Notes under the pieces: generated by a model
Told to the model about the DNA's origin: nothing
The model's input: only the letters and a program-made list of their open reading frames with translations
Databases searched by the model: none
In this document: in pieces, positions 62,054 to 64,000 of the stretch
Layout of the letters: each line of letters opens with the position of its first letter
Position numbering within the stretch: position 1 is the stretch's first letter
Program-made: the position numbers and the translations under genes
Source: Candidatus Woesearchaeota archaeon
GTDB lineage: Archaea; Nanobdellota; Nanobdellia; Woesearchaeales; UBA583
DNA: 64,000 nt
Direction of reading: 5' to 3'
Assembly (NCBI GenBank): GCA_047602745.1
Contig: JBLKOJ010000003.1
Coordinates: forward strand, 4,912-68,911

Positions 62054-62743
62054 TTAATTCTTCACTGAAACTTCTAAATATTTTTCAATTTGCCCAACAT
62101 TTGAGAAACCAAGTTTATGTTTTGAATTAATAATAAGTGTTGGAGTCTGATAAGATTTTATACTATTAGTTTGTGTAAGTATAGAGACAATAGTAGATTC
62201 ACTTTGAATATTGTATGAAAATATCATTACATTATCGGTATGTTTTCTTTTAATATGGCTTAAAAATAAACCTTGATCTTCACATTCGGGGCAATCTCTA
62301 TCATAAGTATAAAAATACAATATGGTATCAAATGAATTTGGACACAATGAATTAATCCTATTTGCTAAAATATAATATCTTGTTTGAAGATTAAAATAAC
62401 TCTCTTTTAATTCTAGATACTCATCATGTCTTGCAATCGCACTAGATTCATATCTTTCTAATGAGAACACTACATTATCTAATTTTTGAATACTTTCTAA
62501 AAATGAAGATACTACTCCTCGACAGTTAGTCTCATTATGTTTATGTATAGAGATTAGATAATCTATAAATTCTATTTCTGCCTGCATTTCTTCAGATAAC
62601 CTTGATTGTTCTTTAAATTGAGCTTCTATTTTTTCTAAACGAAATTGCTCAACTTGTGCTCCTACTAAAATTCCTAAGAAAAAAATTATCGTTGCAAGTA
62701 TTAACACAGTAATATGTCTAGATTTATGAATTTCTCTATGCAT
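62054..62743 (-). CDS. Membrane-anchored thioredoxin-like protein (CPEC motif)
   Basis: N-terminal TM (ITVLILATIIFFLGILVGA), a coiled-coil spacer, then ILYFYTYDRDCPECEDQG and a cis-Pro-like TPTLIIN. This is consistent with an extracytoplasmic thioredoxin fold. Confidence 0.5.
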   Translation of the reverse strand: MHREIHKSRHITVLILATIIFFLGILVGAQVEQFRLEKIEAQFKEQSRLSEEMQAEIEFIDYLISIHKHNETNCRGVVSSFLESIQKLDNVVFSLERYESSAIARHDEYLELKESYFNLQTRYYILANRINSLCPNSFDTILYFYTYDRDCPECEDQGLFLSHIKRKHTDNVMIFSYNIQSESTIVSILTQTNSIKSYQTPTLIINSKHKLGFSNVGQIEKYLEVSVKN

Positions 62744-62808
62744 GTCTTATCTATAAAGTAATTTTAAATTTATAAACTTTTAGATGAGTTAGGTTTTACC
62801 CCTCAACA

Positions 62809-64000
62809 CTATTTTGATTTGGTCCAAACGTTAGTATCTCCTTTAATAAGCCTATAAAATACTTTGAACCAAATATATGCTAAAATAAATTTAAGAACAA
62901 AAAAAAAATATAAAAACAAAAATGTTTTAGAAATCGTTTGTTTAATACCTAGTCTCTCTTTTGCATTGATGTATCCCAAGTAGATATATAAAAATATAAT
63001 CAAATACAAAATAAATCCTGTTACAATCATTTGAAAATTAAGAGCTAAAAAATCAAAATTAATTGAAAATGAACTAATATATGTTGCAAAATCAAAATTC
63101 GTTAAATACCAATATTTTAATGTTCTATATACACTTCTAACTGCTAAATATGAAACCAAAATAACTCCTATAAATCCCAAAAGTCCGTTTAACGCAACAA
63201 ATGGGATATAAAACATTCCAAATTCTCCATATTTCCTATTAAAAATCATATATCTGTATGTAATCAATACATTTCTCATTGAGCCTAAATACCACCTTAA
63301 ACGTTGAGCAATAAATCCTCTAAGAGTAGCAGGAGCTTTTGTATAAATTACTGCATTACTTGATTGCTTAATTTCATAATGTCTAGATTGTAGTCTTAGA
63401 GCCATCTCTAAATCTTCCACATTATACCCTTTTACAAAACCTCCTAACTTTTTTACAACATCAGTCTTATAAGTACTCAATGGCCCAGGAGTTACGTGAA
63501 CACAATTAATTTTACTAATAAAAAATTTCAAAAATACATTTAATATATATTCTAAAGATTGAACTTTTTGTAACATATTATTTTGCTCTGCCACTTTCAT
63601 AATAGGCATCACCGCTGCAATATTTTCATTTGTAAATTCTTTTTGAATATTTCTAATTGCAAACTTATCAACATATCCATCTACATCTAAACAAGCAAAA
63701 TACGGTGTTCTTACATGTTTTAAACCATTATTTAAAGCAGTATATTTACCTGCGTTTTTTTGGGAAAGTAACATAAAATCATATCTTTCTTGATATTTTT
63801 TAGCTATTTTATATGAATTATCTGTTGAACCATCATCAACTACAATAACATGAAGTTTTTCTTTTGGATATACAGATTTAAATAATGAATCTAAAGTTGG
63901 CCCAATATTCTCTTCCTCATTCCACATCGGTAAAATAATTGTGACTTCTTCCTCTTTATTGATAATAGAACGTTTAGGAGTTGGAGCATTATATTCAAAC
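62809..64000 (-). CDS. Processive family-2 glycosyltransferase (cellulose/chitin/PNAG-synthase-like), 5' end outside the window
   Basis: The frame stays open beyond the track start to the window edge (..EEEVTIILPMWNEEENI). Motifs: VVDDGSTD, CLDVDGY (DxD), VEDLEMALR, and the processivity motif QRLRWYLG (QxxRW). C-terminal TM helices are present. Confidence 0.8.
   Translation of the reverse strand, partial: FEYNAPTPKRSIINKEEEVTIILPMWNEEENIGPTLDSLFKSVYPKEKLHVIVVDDGSTDNSYKIAKKYQERYDFMLLSQKNAGKYTALNNGLKHVRTPYFACLDVDGYVDKFAIRNIQKEFTNENIAAVMPIMKVAEQNNMLQKVQSLEYILNVFLKFFISKINCVHVTPGPLSTYKTDVVKKLGGFVKGYNVEDLEMALRLQSRHYEIKQSSNAVIYTKAPATLRGFIAQRLRWYLGSMRNVLITYRYMIFNRKYGEFGMFYIPFVALNGLLGFIGVILVSYLAVRSVYRTLKYWYLTNFDFATYISSFSINFDFLALNFQMIVTGFILYLIIFLYIYLGYINAKERLGIKQTISKTFLFLYFFFVLKFILAYIWFKVFYRLIKGDTNVWTKSK

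Overview
This is a visibly AT-rich, gene-dense fragment with about 60 genes and mostly short spacers. It most plausibly comes from a small-genome archaeon of DPANN type; that assignment is an inference, not a computed result.

The archaeal informational and cell-surface genes are: PheT beta (5' partial), RadB, two tandem HMf-type histones, aIF2-alpha, RNase Z, a class I CCA-adding enzyme, a Sec11-type signal peptidase, an NOL1/NOP2/Sun RNA methyltransferase, class III signal-peptide pilins and a FlaI/PilB-type ATPase operon. They are interleaved with bacterial-type genes: dnaK, uvrB, a full-length long RelA/SpoT homologue, lspA, a DsbA-like oxidoreductase and sufC.

RNA genes are a 23S rRNA on the minus strand, preceded by tRNA-Ala(UGC) but with no 16S or 5S nearby, and a divergent tRNA-Arg(CCU). 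There is one decaying IS element with 15-bp terminal inverted repeats and a multiply disrupted DDE transposase. No CRISPR array was seen.

The observations most worth follow-up are:
- An ATP-dependent DNA ligase whose catalytic motifs are divided between two genes 16 kb apart.
- A tight ATP-grasp / gamma-glutamylcyclotransferase-like / ATP-grasp operon.
- A Tad/Epd-like type IV pilus operon with a split platform protein and uncharacterised accessory genes.
- A complete (p)ppGpp synthetase/hydrolase in an archaeal context.
- Bacterial-type lipoprotein processing: LspA plus a Cys-rich protein carrying an LAGC lipobox.
- A DsbA-like gene next to a CxxC membrane protein.

All homology statements come from motif recognition by eye. 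No alignments or searches were run.
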